Source of the DNA: Paramoeba atlantica
Lineage: Eukaryota > Protista > Discosea
DNA: 64,000 nt
Assembly (NCBI GenBank): GCA_977017575.1
Contig: CDRNVI010000053.1
Span: 744,001 to 808,000 of the forward strand
Direction of reading: 5' to 3'
Shown here: positions 10,322-19,644 of the stretch, piece after piece
Layout of the letters: each line of letters opens with the position of its first letter
Position numbering within the stretch: position 1 is the stretch's first letter
Made by a program: the position numbers and the translations under genes
Notes under the pieces: generated by a model
Database searches by the model: none
The model's input: the letters and a program-made list of their open reading frames with translations, nothing else
What the model was told of the DNA's origin: nothing

Positions 10322-11545
10322 ATGCCTGAAAGTACATTCATGTGTATTGACACCTCAGAGTACTCCCGCAACAGTGATCACGACAATAGCAGCCGGCTGG
10401 ATGGCGTTATCGATGCAGCAAATCTTCTTTCTGGGGCGAAATTACATTCGAATCCTGAAAACACAATTGGGTTTCTAACTATGGGAGGTGAGCACTGCGA
10501 GGTTCGTGAATCGCTCACTAATGATGTGGATCGCATGCTAGCATCCCTGTCACGCGTTTCTACTTCAGGATTACTTCACCTTGTCGAGGGATTGCGAATC
10601 GGTTGTCTTGCGTTGGCGCATCGAGGAGGAACGCGTCGAAGCAAAAGGTTGGTGGTCTTTGTGTGCTCTCCAGTGTCGATTCAGGAAGATCTCGTAATGC
10701 GTTTAGGAAAAAAGCTGCGGAAGGAGGAAATTGCACTTGATCTTGTAAATATAGGGAACGAGAACAATATTTCTTTACTTTCTAATCTTGTACAACACGT
10801 CTCAAAGGAGAATAATAGTCACTTTTTGCACGTTCCTGCTCCTGAAAATATTTCAGGAAGCTTTACAAATTCAGAAGTTTTCCCACTTAGCGGGGGTGCT
10901 TCTATGCAAATTGACGAAAGTATCGGTGGTGTAGATCCTAACGTAGATCCAGAACTGGCCATGGTTTTGCGTATGTCGGCAGAGGAAGAGCGCAAGAGAC
11001 AAGACAATTTACTACAGTGTAAGAGCGAGAAAGGAGAACCTTCGAAAGAGACTAATTATGTCGCAGAGCAAGAATCGAATTTATCTTATTCTCGCGTGGA
11101 TAGCTCTTCGCCGCCTTTTGTTCCCACGACGGAAGACGAGGACTTAGAACTTGCACTCCAACTTTCTCGTGAGCTTGAGGCCCTTCGCAGCTCTTCAGAA
11201 AATAATGAATCAGGTAATAGCAAACAGGCAGAATCTTCTGAAAAGGACTTCATGGAAGTCGATACGGCCAATAACGACGAAAGCAACGTTCTACATGGAG
11301 CTTTAAGCACTCCAGACAATGTTGAGCGCACGAAAACAACTTCCAATTTAGAATGTCTTTCACTAAAGCATGAAATGAAAGAGGTGGAAAAAAATGACTC
11401 TAAGAAGCAATCGCCTTTTGAAGCAGACAAACTTTTTGACGAAATAGTATCAGAAGAAGGCTTTTTGTCCGCAGCAGCGCAGGCAGCCGGTATTAACTTA
11501 TCCACGGACAGTAAGGCGGAGAACACTGAAAACCCCTCACAATAG
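10322..11545 (+). CDS. RPN10: 26S proteasome regulatory subunit RPN10 (vWA plus UIM)
   Basis: ESTFMCIDTSEYSRNSD, SNPENTIGFLTM, RLVVFVCSP, GVDPNVDPELAMVLRMSAEEERKRQ and UIM EDEDLELALQLSRE. First ATG at 10322. Confidence 0.92.
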   Translation: MPESTFMCIDTSEYSRNSDHDNSSRLDGVIDAANLLSGAKLHSNPENTIGFLTMGGEHCEVRESLTNDVDRMLASLSRVSTSGLLHLVEGLRIGCLALAHRGGTRRSKRLVVFVCSPVSIQEDLVMRLGKKLRKEEIALDLVNIGNENNISLLSNLVQHVSKENNSHFLHVPAPENISGSFTNSEVFPLSGGASMQIDESIGGVDPNVDPELAMVLRMSAEEERKRQDNLLQCKSEKGEPSKETNYVAEQESNLSYSRVDSSSPPFVPTTEDEDLELALQLSRELEALRSSSENNESGNSKQAESSEKDFMEVDTANNDESNVLHGALSTPDNVERTKTTSNLECLSLKHEMKEVEKNDSKKQSPFEADKLFDEIVSEEGFLSAAAQAAGINLSTDSKAENTENPSQ

Positions 11546-11904
11546 GATACGAAAACATGCTGAAAGTTGCGCAATATACTTGAATGCTTCACCTATATTG
11601 TATTTGTCCTATATCATTTTTATCGTAATTGCTTTTTTGCGGAGTATATTATTAGCCTTAAATATACATTGTACCTTAAATTGTAAGGTATAATATTGAA
11701 TATTTTACTCTCAAAAGGGGGCATTTTACTTCATATTCTTAGAAGTCTTTTAAGTAGGAACAGTTGCAAGGCAGAATAAAAAAGGATAAAAAGTGTAGCA
11801 ATTGAAAGAAGGCAATTAAATTCATCCTTAATTTTGACATCTTCCAAAGATACTACTATTGATTGTTGAAATATTTATATCGCATGCCTTGATTGGCTGC
11901 CAAA

Positions 11905-14900
11905 ATGTGTGGGTGGCAAGATCTAGTTAAGACGTACAAGGAATACGTTTTAAGCAGTCTAACTCCAGGAGAAATTAGGCCAAATATTTCGCTCAATGAA
12001 TGGCGAGAAAAATGGGATAGCGAACCTGACAATCTTGTTCGAAGCAAGATAACAATACAAACGGCCCATGCCACTTTGAATAAATATTTGGAACTTTCGC
12101 AATTTTATCATTCTGAATCCGATAAGTTTTTGGAATATCAACTCCTGATATTGAAGGCTCTACATACGATCATCGTCGAAGAAGGAGAGCAATCTCCAAG
12201 CAAAAAATGTCAGATACAATCCTTGCTCAATTATTTAAGAACAATGGGTTTGAAAACCGAAGAACCTCGACACGAGAACGTAGGAGACGAAGGGATAAAA
12301 ACTGACTTTCCAGAGCAACATTCAACAAATCGGAACACCGCTGTTCTTCCAGCCAAAGGCAGTGCCTTTCAAAGTCTGCATATTCAAGATAAATCTCCAA
12401 AGAATTCCACTGAGGCTCTAGAACTTATTGACATTCTTCAACAACATATTAGGCGAATGCGTAGATTGGTCTCCACAGAGAATTCGAAACAGAAGTCTCC
12501 GAATAAATCATTGGGTACGTATACAGCAAAACCTTCCGAAGCGAATGTTGATACGAACAGGTCGGTCGACACAAACGATATGAAGACCTTAGTAAAGAAA
12601 ACAAAAGTTTACAACCAGAGCAGCACTATACGTCACGAAACGGGCCGAACAGATACCTCTTTAAGGAAGACCCCTAAAAGTTCCGGACCGTTAGACATTT
12701 TTGTCAAAACGCGAAGGTGTCCATCTGATACGGAAAATCAACAAGCGCTATTGCTTAACGAAGTGAGAAGAATGGTTGTAGAAGCCTGCGTACTAGCCTC
12801 CGAATCCAAAGATGTACCATACCTTATCAGGGAAATTCGACAACTGGTAGGAGATGAGCTTATTCCTCCTCCACAATTCGAAGAAGCTCTCTTACGTCTC
12901 GAAGGGTATAAAAACGAAAACGTTGTAGCGGTAGTTCCATTTGATTCTACAAATAATGAAGGAATTACGGAGGAATTTAATGAGATATCTCCTGATACCC
13001 AAGACAAGGGCACTCCGCTTCAAGAAAGTAAAGTCTCTCCACATTCGGAGAGGCTAGAAACTGGCGATGCATACACGTCTGAAGAATTCTACCGAACGCG
13101 AACGACTCATGATTCTCAAAAAACGGCACAGGAAAGAGAAGAAGAAACACTGGAAATGCGTGAAAAAAGTGCAGCAGGTACCGAATTTGAATATGAACCA
13201 CTGAAGGGTGTTTTAGAAGACAACACGACAACTTCAGCTCAAGAACCAGCTATTATCAATGATCCATTTAATCCGTTAGACGCGGGGACTGATTTGCCGA
13301 ATTTTCTTCGACAATTTATGCACTCTATCATCAGCTTAATAAATGATTTAGAGGGCTTTTCAAGTCCAAGTTTGGCTGAAGCTAAAACATTATCTTTTCG
13401 GCGATACGAAAGAATATCATACTGCATGGAAGTTAAGAGACAAGCGGACCAAGAGGCGCTACGTAAGAAGAAGCAGGATGATAGAGATCGTATGCTTGCG
13501 ATAAGAGAAAGAAACCGTCGACTAGCTCGTGGTCCAATCGAGGACCTAAAGGTAAAAGACTTAAAACCCCTTCCCGCTATACTATACTTAGAGAGTGAAC
13601 TTGGTATTGCACGCAAGTATTTTAGTGATGTGGTAACTACGTGGGTTTTGCTTCATAGCGCCCCTACGATGTTTCGAATGTCTCGCATGAGTCTGAATCT
13701 GTTTCTTCAGGCACTACAGGAAGACAAGGAGACTCTTTTGATGGAACATACTTTTCGAGGCCTTCTAGAGGTCATAGGATACGACGGAGCTACCCCTACA
13801 AGTGGTATGTTAACCAGAAGTGCTTCCTCAGGAAAAACCTGGACAATGGACGTCATTGATTATCTTGCTCAAGATATAGGAATTGAAAAACGATCTCGAC
13901 CCCAGAAAAAAAGGGAGCTTTTAAATGAATCCGAGTCTAGTTCTGATTCAGAATCAAGCTCAGAAGGGGGGGGTGAAGAAATTATTGTGTGCGATAATTG
14001 CGATGACGTGATTCCGAGTTCCAATGTGATTGCCGAATGTTGCGCTTGTCAGAAAACTTTTCATTTGAAATGCGTTGGCTTACGTCGAGGTCCAGGGCGA
14101 GGATGGAGGTGTTCAGAGTGCCCTGCCCCGTCCGAAAGTAGCGACAGTAGCGAAGAAAGTAGTAGCGCTGACACCGAAGGTTCAATCGAGAGGCACGAAA
14201 AGAAAGATGAAGGAGAAAGCGATTATGAAGGTACTGATGATGAAGCAGAGGTCACGAATATGGTAAAAGATGCTCGCGCACTGGGAAATTATCTCACTTG
14301 GGCCAATCTATCTCTCCCTACTCGAGTTTCGTTGCTTCGGGCTCTTACTCGTCGGGCTCTTCTGAGTGACAAATTAAATCAATTTTTTGCTGAAGCATCT
14401 ATCACACTTGCACGCGAGAATCGCGAAGTATCTCGTGAGGAAGATGCCACAAAGAGATTTGAGCTACAACACAAGTTTTGGCTCATGTCCGAACGCACCG
14501 ATAACGGACGTAGCATTCTTCGGTCATTGGGTTCAGATCGATACAAACGACTTTACTGGCGCTTTCCTATGGATAGGAGACTCTTCGTCCAGACTACCAC
14601 GCAATCCCTTCCTGTTCCCCCGGAAGCACAGTTTGTTCAGAAAAAGTCCAATGTTCTATTTGATGAGGATATGGACACTGATCGAGGTTTAACTAAAGAT
14701 ATGGATGCTACACCTAAAGAGTGGGGAACTCTATCTTGGGCTTACTTCGATGCGCTTACAGATTCACTGTCACAATTTGGCCTTCGTGAGTCAGGTTTAA
14801 AAAAGAACCTGGATTCTCTTCGCACACATGTGGAAAAAGAATATAAGAATATTTTAGATCCAGAAATTGACACCATTCGCATTACGCGTAGTCGCACCAC

Positions 14901-14931
14901 CGGTGGAGGGTACATAAATCGTCTGAGATGA
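11905..14931 (+). CDS. DDT-PHD-WHIM/WSD domain chromatin protein (BAZ/ACF1-like ISWI partner)
   Basis: DDT-like SDVVTTWVLLHSAPTMFRMSRMSLNLFLQAL, PHD finger CDNC...CCACQKTFHLKCVGL...WRCSEC, WHIM1-like YLTWANLSLPTRVSLLRAL and WSD LGSDRYKRLYW...LTDSLSQFGLRESGLKKNL. First in-frame ATG at 11905. Confidence 0.72.
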   Translation: MCGWQDLVKTYKEYVLSSLTPGEIRPNISLNEWREKWDSEPDNLVRSKITIQTAHATLNKYLELSQFYHSESDKFLEYQLLILKALHTIIVEEGEQSPSKKCQIQSLLNYLRTMGLKTEEPRHENVGDEGIKTDFPEQHSTNRNTAVLPAKGSAFQSLHIQDKSPKNSTEALELIDILQQHIRRMRRLVSTENSKQKSPNKSLGTYTAKPSEANVDTNRSVDTNDMKTLVKKTKVYNQSSTIRHETGRTDTSLRKTPKSSGPLDIFVKTRRCPSDTENQQALLLNEVRRMVVEACVLASESKDVPYLIREIRQLVGDELIPPPQFEEALLRLEGYKNENVVAVVPFDSTNNEGITEEFNEISPDTQDKGTPLQESKVSPHSERLETGDAYTSEEFYRTRTTHDSQKTAQEREEETLEMREKSAAGTEFEYEPLKGVLEDNTTTSAQEPAIINDPFNPLDAGTDLPNFLRQFMHSIISLINDLEGFSSPSLAEAKTLSFRRYERISYCMEVKRQADQEALRKKKQDDRDRMLAIRERNRRLARGPIEDLKVKDLKPLPAILYLESELGIARKYFSDVVTTWVLLHSAPTMFRMSRMSLNLFLQALQEDKETLLMEHTFRGLLEVIGYDGATPTSGMLTRSASSGKTWTMDVIDYLAQDIGIEKRSRPQKKRELLNESESSSDSESSSEGGGEEIIVCDNCDDVIPSSNVIAECCACQKTFHLKCVGLRRGPGRGWRCSECPAPSESSDSSEESSSADTEGSIERHEKKDEGESDYEGTDDEAEVTNMVKDARALGNYLTWANLSLPTRVSLLRALTRRALLSDKLNQFFAEASITLARENREVSREEDATKRFELQHKFWLMSERTDNGRSILRSLGSDRYKRLYWRFPMDRRLFVQTTTQSLPVPPEAQFVQKKSNVLFDEDMDTDRGLTKDMDATPKEWGTLSWAYFDALTDSLSQFGLRESGLKKNLDSLRTHVEKEYKNILDPEIDTIRITRSRTTGGGYINRLR

Positions 14932-15130
14932 TCAAAGCACTTCACGATTTTAAGATGTGTGGTAGTTACATGTAAATCTTTTTCTCGGACGTTACAATAT
15001 AACGTGGTTCGGTTATAACTAAGTTCGATATTGATAAACTGGGTGCGACTGTTTCGCATTCCTACCTTTCTGATGGGCTTCACTAGCGCTAATAGTAGTA
15101 GTGCAGTATTAATTGTTACACAGTATTAAT

Positions 15131-15177
15131 GAGGGGCTGCGGGCAGTGGGTTCGGTGATGCACACCCGCAGCCCCTC
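15131..15177. repeat. GC-rich 13-bp perfect inverted repeat (hairpin or mini-MITE)
   Basis: GAGGGGCTGCGGG (15131-15143) and CCCGCAGCCCCTC (15165-15177) with a 21-nt loop; TAAT on both flanks. Confidence 0.7.
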
Positions 15178-15403
15178 TAATATTGAACCAGCCATTTTTC
15201 ACAGTGATACATGATTGCAATATACTTTTTATATTGCTCTATTTTTATAATGCGCTGTTACGCGCAGTGCCATTTGTTTTCATAGTAAAATAGTAATTTA
15301 TAATACACTAAAAGCGCATTAGAAAAAGCAGGTATTTCGGTTTTTAATTGCTTTTCTAAACGAATCAGCTTTATTTTTCCTCATTGTTCCTCTCTACGCC
15401 CAA

Positions 15404-17053
15404 ATGCTGTTTTTTATACTGGCCATGCTTCCCTTGTTTTCGGCCCATGTATGCATCCACTCCAACCTGAACCACGCTCATTTCACGGCAAACTGGACAA
15501 ATCTTGTAGAAACTGATTACGCCCCTGAACCTGAATTTTCTGCTGAAATGATTTCTCCGCTTTCTCTCGGGTGGTCCGGAGGAAAAGCATCACCTCGAGG
15601 GGCTATCCGCATTACAACGTCTACTGAAGATCTCTTTAACCCTGAAAAACACTGCACGGCAGTGGGGCAGCTCCGGCCCACTTTTCTTGGATCGGAGGCC
15701 ATTTGTCGTGAGGAAGACATACTGACACCGGAGAAAAGGGATCGGCTACTTCATACTGTGTTGCCTGCTGCGGTCTCTTTTTTTGAAAAGGCACTTAGTG
15801 TTGACCAGGGGCACCGTGGATTATTGATGAATAACAACATTTGTGGGGTGGAGATTTCTGTACCCTCTAATTTCACGACAACTCCGGGGGCTGAGAACGC
15901 AGACTACGTTTTGTTCGTGACTGCTGGTCCAATCGAGTCTGCGGAAACCGTAGCTTGGGCAGGAGCGTGCGGGTACAACCGCAAGGGGCGCCCCGTTGTT
16001 GGTCTCGTCAACTTTGGCCCCGCAGCGTTGGGACTTCCTCTCGCTCCTCAGTATTTCACTAAAGTTGCCACACATGAGATCACCCATGCTCTCGGCTTCA
16101 CCCCGTATTTTGCGCAAAGTATGTTTCTGTGGCCGAATCGCAATCCAATTAGCACTCGCAATCGCAGGGGAAAGCGAGTGACTGTGATTACCTCTCCTGA
16201 GGTCATTACCCGGTCACGTGAACACTTTGGCTGTCCCACGCTGGACGGTATGGAACTGGAGGACGGAGGCGGGGAAGGTACCCAACTTTCCCACTGGGAG
16301 AAACGACTTCTTCTAAACGAACTAATGGTAGGCATGCTAAACGCTGGAGAAGTCAATTTAGCCGTAAGTAACATTACTCTTGCTTTTTTCCAGGATAGTG
16401 GTCACTATAATGTGAATTACACAGCATCGTCTCCATTAGCAGAGATGCGCTTTGGTCGAAGCGCCGGGTGTTCGTTTCTAATGGAAAAGTGCAACACTGT
16501 CGGCGGGGGTCGTGGCACTCACTTTTGCTTTAACCGTGAAAAAGCATGCGCCCCGGACCGCCTTGGCGTGGGGGTTTGCAATTACGTGGAGTACTCTTCA
16601 CCTCTGCCCTTGCCTTTTCAATACGACAATCCTTTTTACGGTGGAATATGCGATATAGCAGACTATTGCCCTTTTGTACAAGCTTATGATGATTATGTCT
16701 GCGTAAATCCCAGTCTGGAAGGTTTATCAGGAATTCGTTCCTCACAAGTTGGTGATGTTTTCAGTTCAGAAAGCCGGTGTTTCAACACTTTTGATTTAGA
16801 TGGTACTCTTAAAAAAGGTGGTTTGCGGCACAGTAGGTTAAGGTCTTCCTTGAATAGTACTGGTCAGCGATGTTTACGTGTACGTTGCGTTCGCGGTGCG
16901 CTTCAACTTTCAGTTGGAAAATCTATAAAATGGCTTAGGTGTCCAGCAAACGGTTCGTCTGGTATAATTGAGGCCACCGACGGGTACAGTGGTCGAATAG
17001 AATGCCCCCCAGCTGAAGAGATATGCACGCCAGAACTAGAGGTTTATTCGTAA
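15404..17053 (+). CDS. GP63: Leishmanolysin/GP63-like M8 zinc metalloprotease
   Basis: Signal peptide, CIH propeptide motif, HEITHALGF zinc motif, GMELEDGGGEGTQLSHWEKR, ELM, and FFQDSGHY; Cys-rich C-terminus. Confidence 0.93.
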   Translation: MLFFILAMLPLFSAHVCIHSNLNHAHFTANWTNLVETDYAPEPEFSAEMISPLSLGWSGGKASPRGAIRITTSTEDLFNPEKHCTAVGQLRPTFLGSEAICREEDILTPEKRDRLLHTVLPAAVSFFEKALSVDQGHRGLLMNNNICGVEISVPSNFTTTPGAENADYVLFVTAGPIESAETVAWAGACGYNRKGRPVVGLVNFGPAALGLPLAPQYFTKVATHEITHALGFTPYFAQSMFLWPNRNPISTRNRRGKRVTVITSPEVITRSREHFGCPTLDGMELEDGGGEGTQLSHWEKRLLLNELMVGMLNAGEVNLAVSNITLAFFQDSGHYNVNYTASSPLAEMRFGRSAGCSFLMEKCNTVGGGRGTHFCFNREKACAPDRLGVGVCNYVEYSSPLPLPFQYDNPFYGGICDIADYCPFVQAYDDYVCVNPSLEGLSGIRSSQVGDVFSSESRCFNTFDLDGTLKKGGLRHSRLRSSLNSTGQRCLRVRCVRGALQLSVGKSIKWLRCPANGSSGIIEATDGYSGRIECPPAEEICTPELEVYS

Positions 17054-17849
17054 ACATCTAAGCGGTTGTTTGTCTTTATATAAATTTTGTATACACGGTA
17101 TTTCAGTGTACGCCACTACTTATTTGTACCTGTGCCATTTCTGTTCTGTATTTTAGCACGACTTCCTTTTACGAGGCCAGGTTGTGTATAATACGTACCT
17201 ATTGAATTACAGAAAAGCTTGCAAAGGCGCTACACTTTGTTCCATCGTGTGTCATTTACGAGATAAAAAATAATTTTTATCTTTTCTGCATTTCGTGAGT
17301 ACCTTTATTCTCAGAAAAGTCAAAGAACGGCTTTTTTGCGTTTTGACTTGGCGCTGCACGTAGGTGATTCCTGAGATCTCAATATCTCATTCATACGGAT
17401 ATTCAGTTACGCTAACATAGTTGCACTTATGTGCTGTCTCCCGAAAGATTAAAAAACTAACGATTCAGCCAACTCTGTGCACTCCTCATTTAAGAGGCAA
17501 TCGCCTCTTCGCATCTACACATGCCTAGCGCTTTCCGATTCCGTTATTCTTTTTACATTACATACATGGGATACTTCATATTATACATGGGACACTTCCC
17601 ATAGCGAGAGGCAGTAACTTCTTCCCGTGGAAGAACCGAAGCAATTGTTTCACTGGTCTTGTGATGCTTACTCCCTCTTTTGCAAACATAATGTGCCCCC
17701 CCTTTAATGGAGACTCCACCCCTCAGACCCCCCTTTAATAGAGACAAAAACTTGGAATAATTTTGGAGAAAAAAATGTATGTTGCTTAAAAGGGTAGAAA
17801 AATACTTAGAATTCACTGAACATTCAATAATCTCTAACAATGTAAACAT

Positions 17850-18458
17850 TCACCGCATTCAAGGTTTCTGAATCCGCGGAATCTCCTGTCAAGTTGAAAG
17901 ATGGTGTTCGTAACACGATTCATTTTGTGCACGGGCCTCTGAGCTCCTGGATTATCACAGAACCGCCAGCCACGAATCCGGAATCTACCGTATACCCCCC
18001 CCCCAGTAAGAGAATGGGTTTTGGGTCGAAATGGCCAAATCTCTCTTACTGGGGGGGGGTATGCTTTTTTGGTCAGTTTCCTCTTTTCTCCCAACTTTTG
18101 ACTATTTTTTCTTTTTTTTCTTCTGAAAACGTGTTAAAACGCTTCTTTGGGGTACCCTCGAGGCCCCTAACATGCAGACACTCACCCCCTATACGCCTCC
18201 TATTGAGCTCCCAAGCCAAATCTCTCTTACTGGGGGTCAGCCTAAAAAGGTTCAAATCTCCCTTACTGTGGGGGGTACCTTACTGGGGGGGGGTATACGG
18301 TAACATTCGAAATCACAAACAACCTTCTTCCAATCACTGTCCGTGAAAAGAGAGACCGAACAGAGTAAAGCATGTATGACAAGCGCGATATATGCCTGTC
18401 GAAATCGACGGTATCCAATATACAGGATAAGTACGGGCTCTCTCCAAGTACTTTTCAT
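17850..18458 (-). pseudogene. Possible degenerate Tc1-like transposase fragment, split by the MITE at 17988-18300
   Basis: Minus strand reads FTDSDWKKVVCDFEC up to the MITE and RFRIRGWRFCDNP after it. This loosely resembles the Tc1 WTxxDWxxVxFSDE region; the canonical FSDE is absent. Confidence 0.22.
17988..18300. mobile_element. 313-bp MITE with TA target-site duplication (Tc1/mariner superfamily-like)
   Basis: TA|CCGTATA-C10-AGTAAG ... CTTACT-G9-TATACGG|TA, with internal repeats of CCAAATCTCTCTTACTGGGG. Confidence 0.85.
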
Positions 18459-19322
18459 AAAACACGCAACTGGTGAGTGACATTTTTCTGTTTTAGTCTC
18501 TTCGTTGTTCTCAACTTAGGATGTACCACTGCTGCGTCGTATAACGGTAGCTGATGTCCCAAACTCTCAAAATATGTATTAGGGGTCGAAGAACATTGTT
18601 TTTACTGTATGTGTTTGGACCATCCTGTCTCGCTGATCAGGGTGTCAGTCGGTAAGAAGGTCCACAAGGCTCCGTCCTCATATTCCTGGGTCTTCCCGGC
18701 GCCTTCAAAGCGTTCGGGGATACCAAGGCTATGATTTAGGAAGATGGGGATGGCGTCGCCCATGTCGGGTGCGAAGATGTGACCGTGAAAGGAACCGTCG
18801 TATACGCGGATCACCGTGGCTTCCACGGGGGTTTGCTCACCATGTGGCAGGGAAAGGGAGAGAGACACTTGCTGGGCGCAATCGAGCTTCTCACGATCGT
18901 TGATTTCAGTGGGTTCCCGGTAGTGTCCTTGAGCATGGGACTTTTGTTGGACACGCCCAGAGTGTTTCTCACCAACCCCATGAATTCATGGAAGGTGGCG
19001 AAAGCGCCGCAGGGCACCCTAATGTGCCCCGAGCTGGCGGGGCCTAAATCCAGGAGGATTAGCCCTTCGGGTCCGTAGTCAATTAGGCCTCCATCCAGAA
19101 ATTAGGGCCATCCAGAATGTTGAGGGACTTGGTTGACGGAGATCGCGCCGACCGTTGCATAACATTGTTTGAACAGGATGAGGAGCTCGGTCCTGCGCTC
19201 CTGTTTTCTGTGTGACCTACACAGAGTGTAGGTAGGAGTTGCCGGAGGAGTTCCACCACTGATAAGTATGGCGGGGGAAGGTTTATTAATGGGCGGTAAT
19301 TTTTCTTTCCCATGGCAATTTG

Positions 19323-19375
19323 TCTGTCCAAAGGCATTTTATCTGTCCAAAGGCATTTTATCTGTCCAAAGGCAT
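19323..19375. repeat. 19-bp tandem repeat, about 2.8 copies
   Basis: Unit TCTGTCCAAAGGCATTTTA at 19323, 19342 and 19361 (partial). Confidence 0.95.
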
Positions 19376-19644
19376 CGGTCCTGTCCGGCCGCCTGTTGCG
19401 AAGACTTGGTATCCAAGTGTTATAGAGAAACATGGACCCCCTAATTTCAAAATATTCTTCATTTTAGGGGTTCCCTGGTGCCCTTTTTAAGTACGCGTTT
19501 GCTCCTTTTAATAGTGTTGCCCGCTATTTTTTTGGTCAAATAATAATAACTACACGCCCGCTAATATATTTTAATAAACGAGTGAATAAACGGGATAAAA
19601 TATTGCATCTATAAGAATAACATTTAGAAATGTAAGCTTTCTTG

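Noticed and set aside
17669-17760. Stowaway-like terminus TA|CTCCCTC
   Set aside because: No matching GAGGGAG|TA partner found nearby, and too short to support alone.
17894-18346. ORF resembling the minus-strand ORF 39505-40038 (shared YWGVCFF-like motif)
   Set aside because: The similarity comes from the non-coding MITE sequence TTACTGGGGGGTATGCTTTTTTGG, not from a protein family.
19323-19375. Short direct-repeat arrays (also 40812 and 46878) as possible CRISPR arrays
   Set aside because: Units are directly adjacent with no spacers, there are only about 3 copies, no cas genes are present, and the context is eukaryotic.
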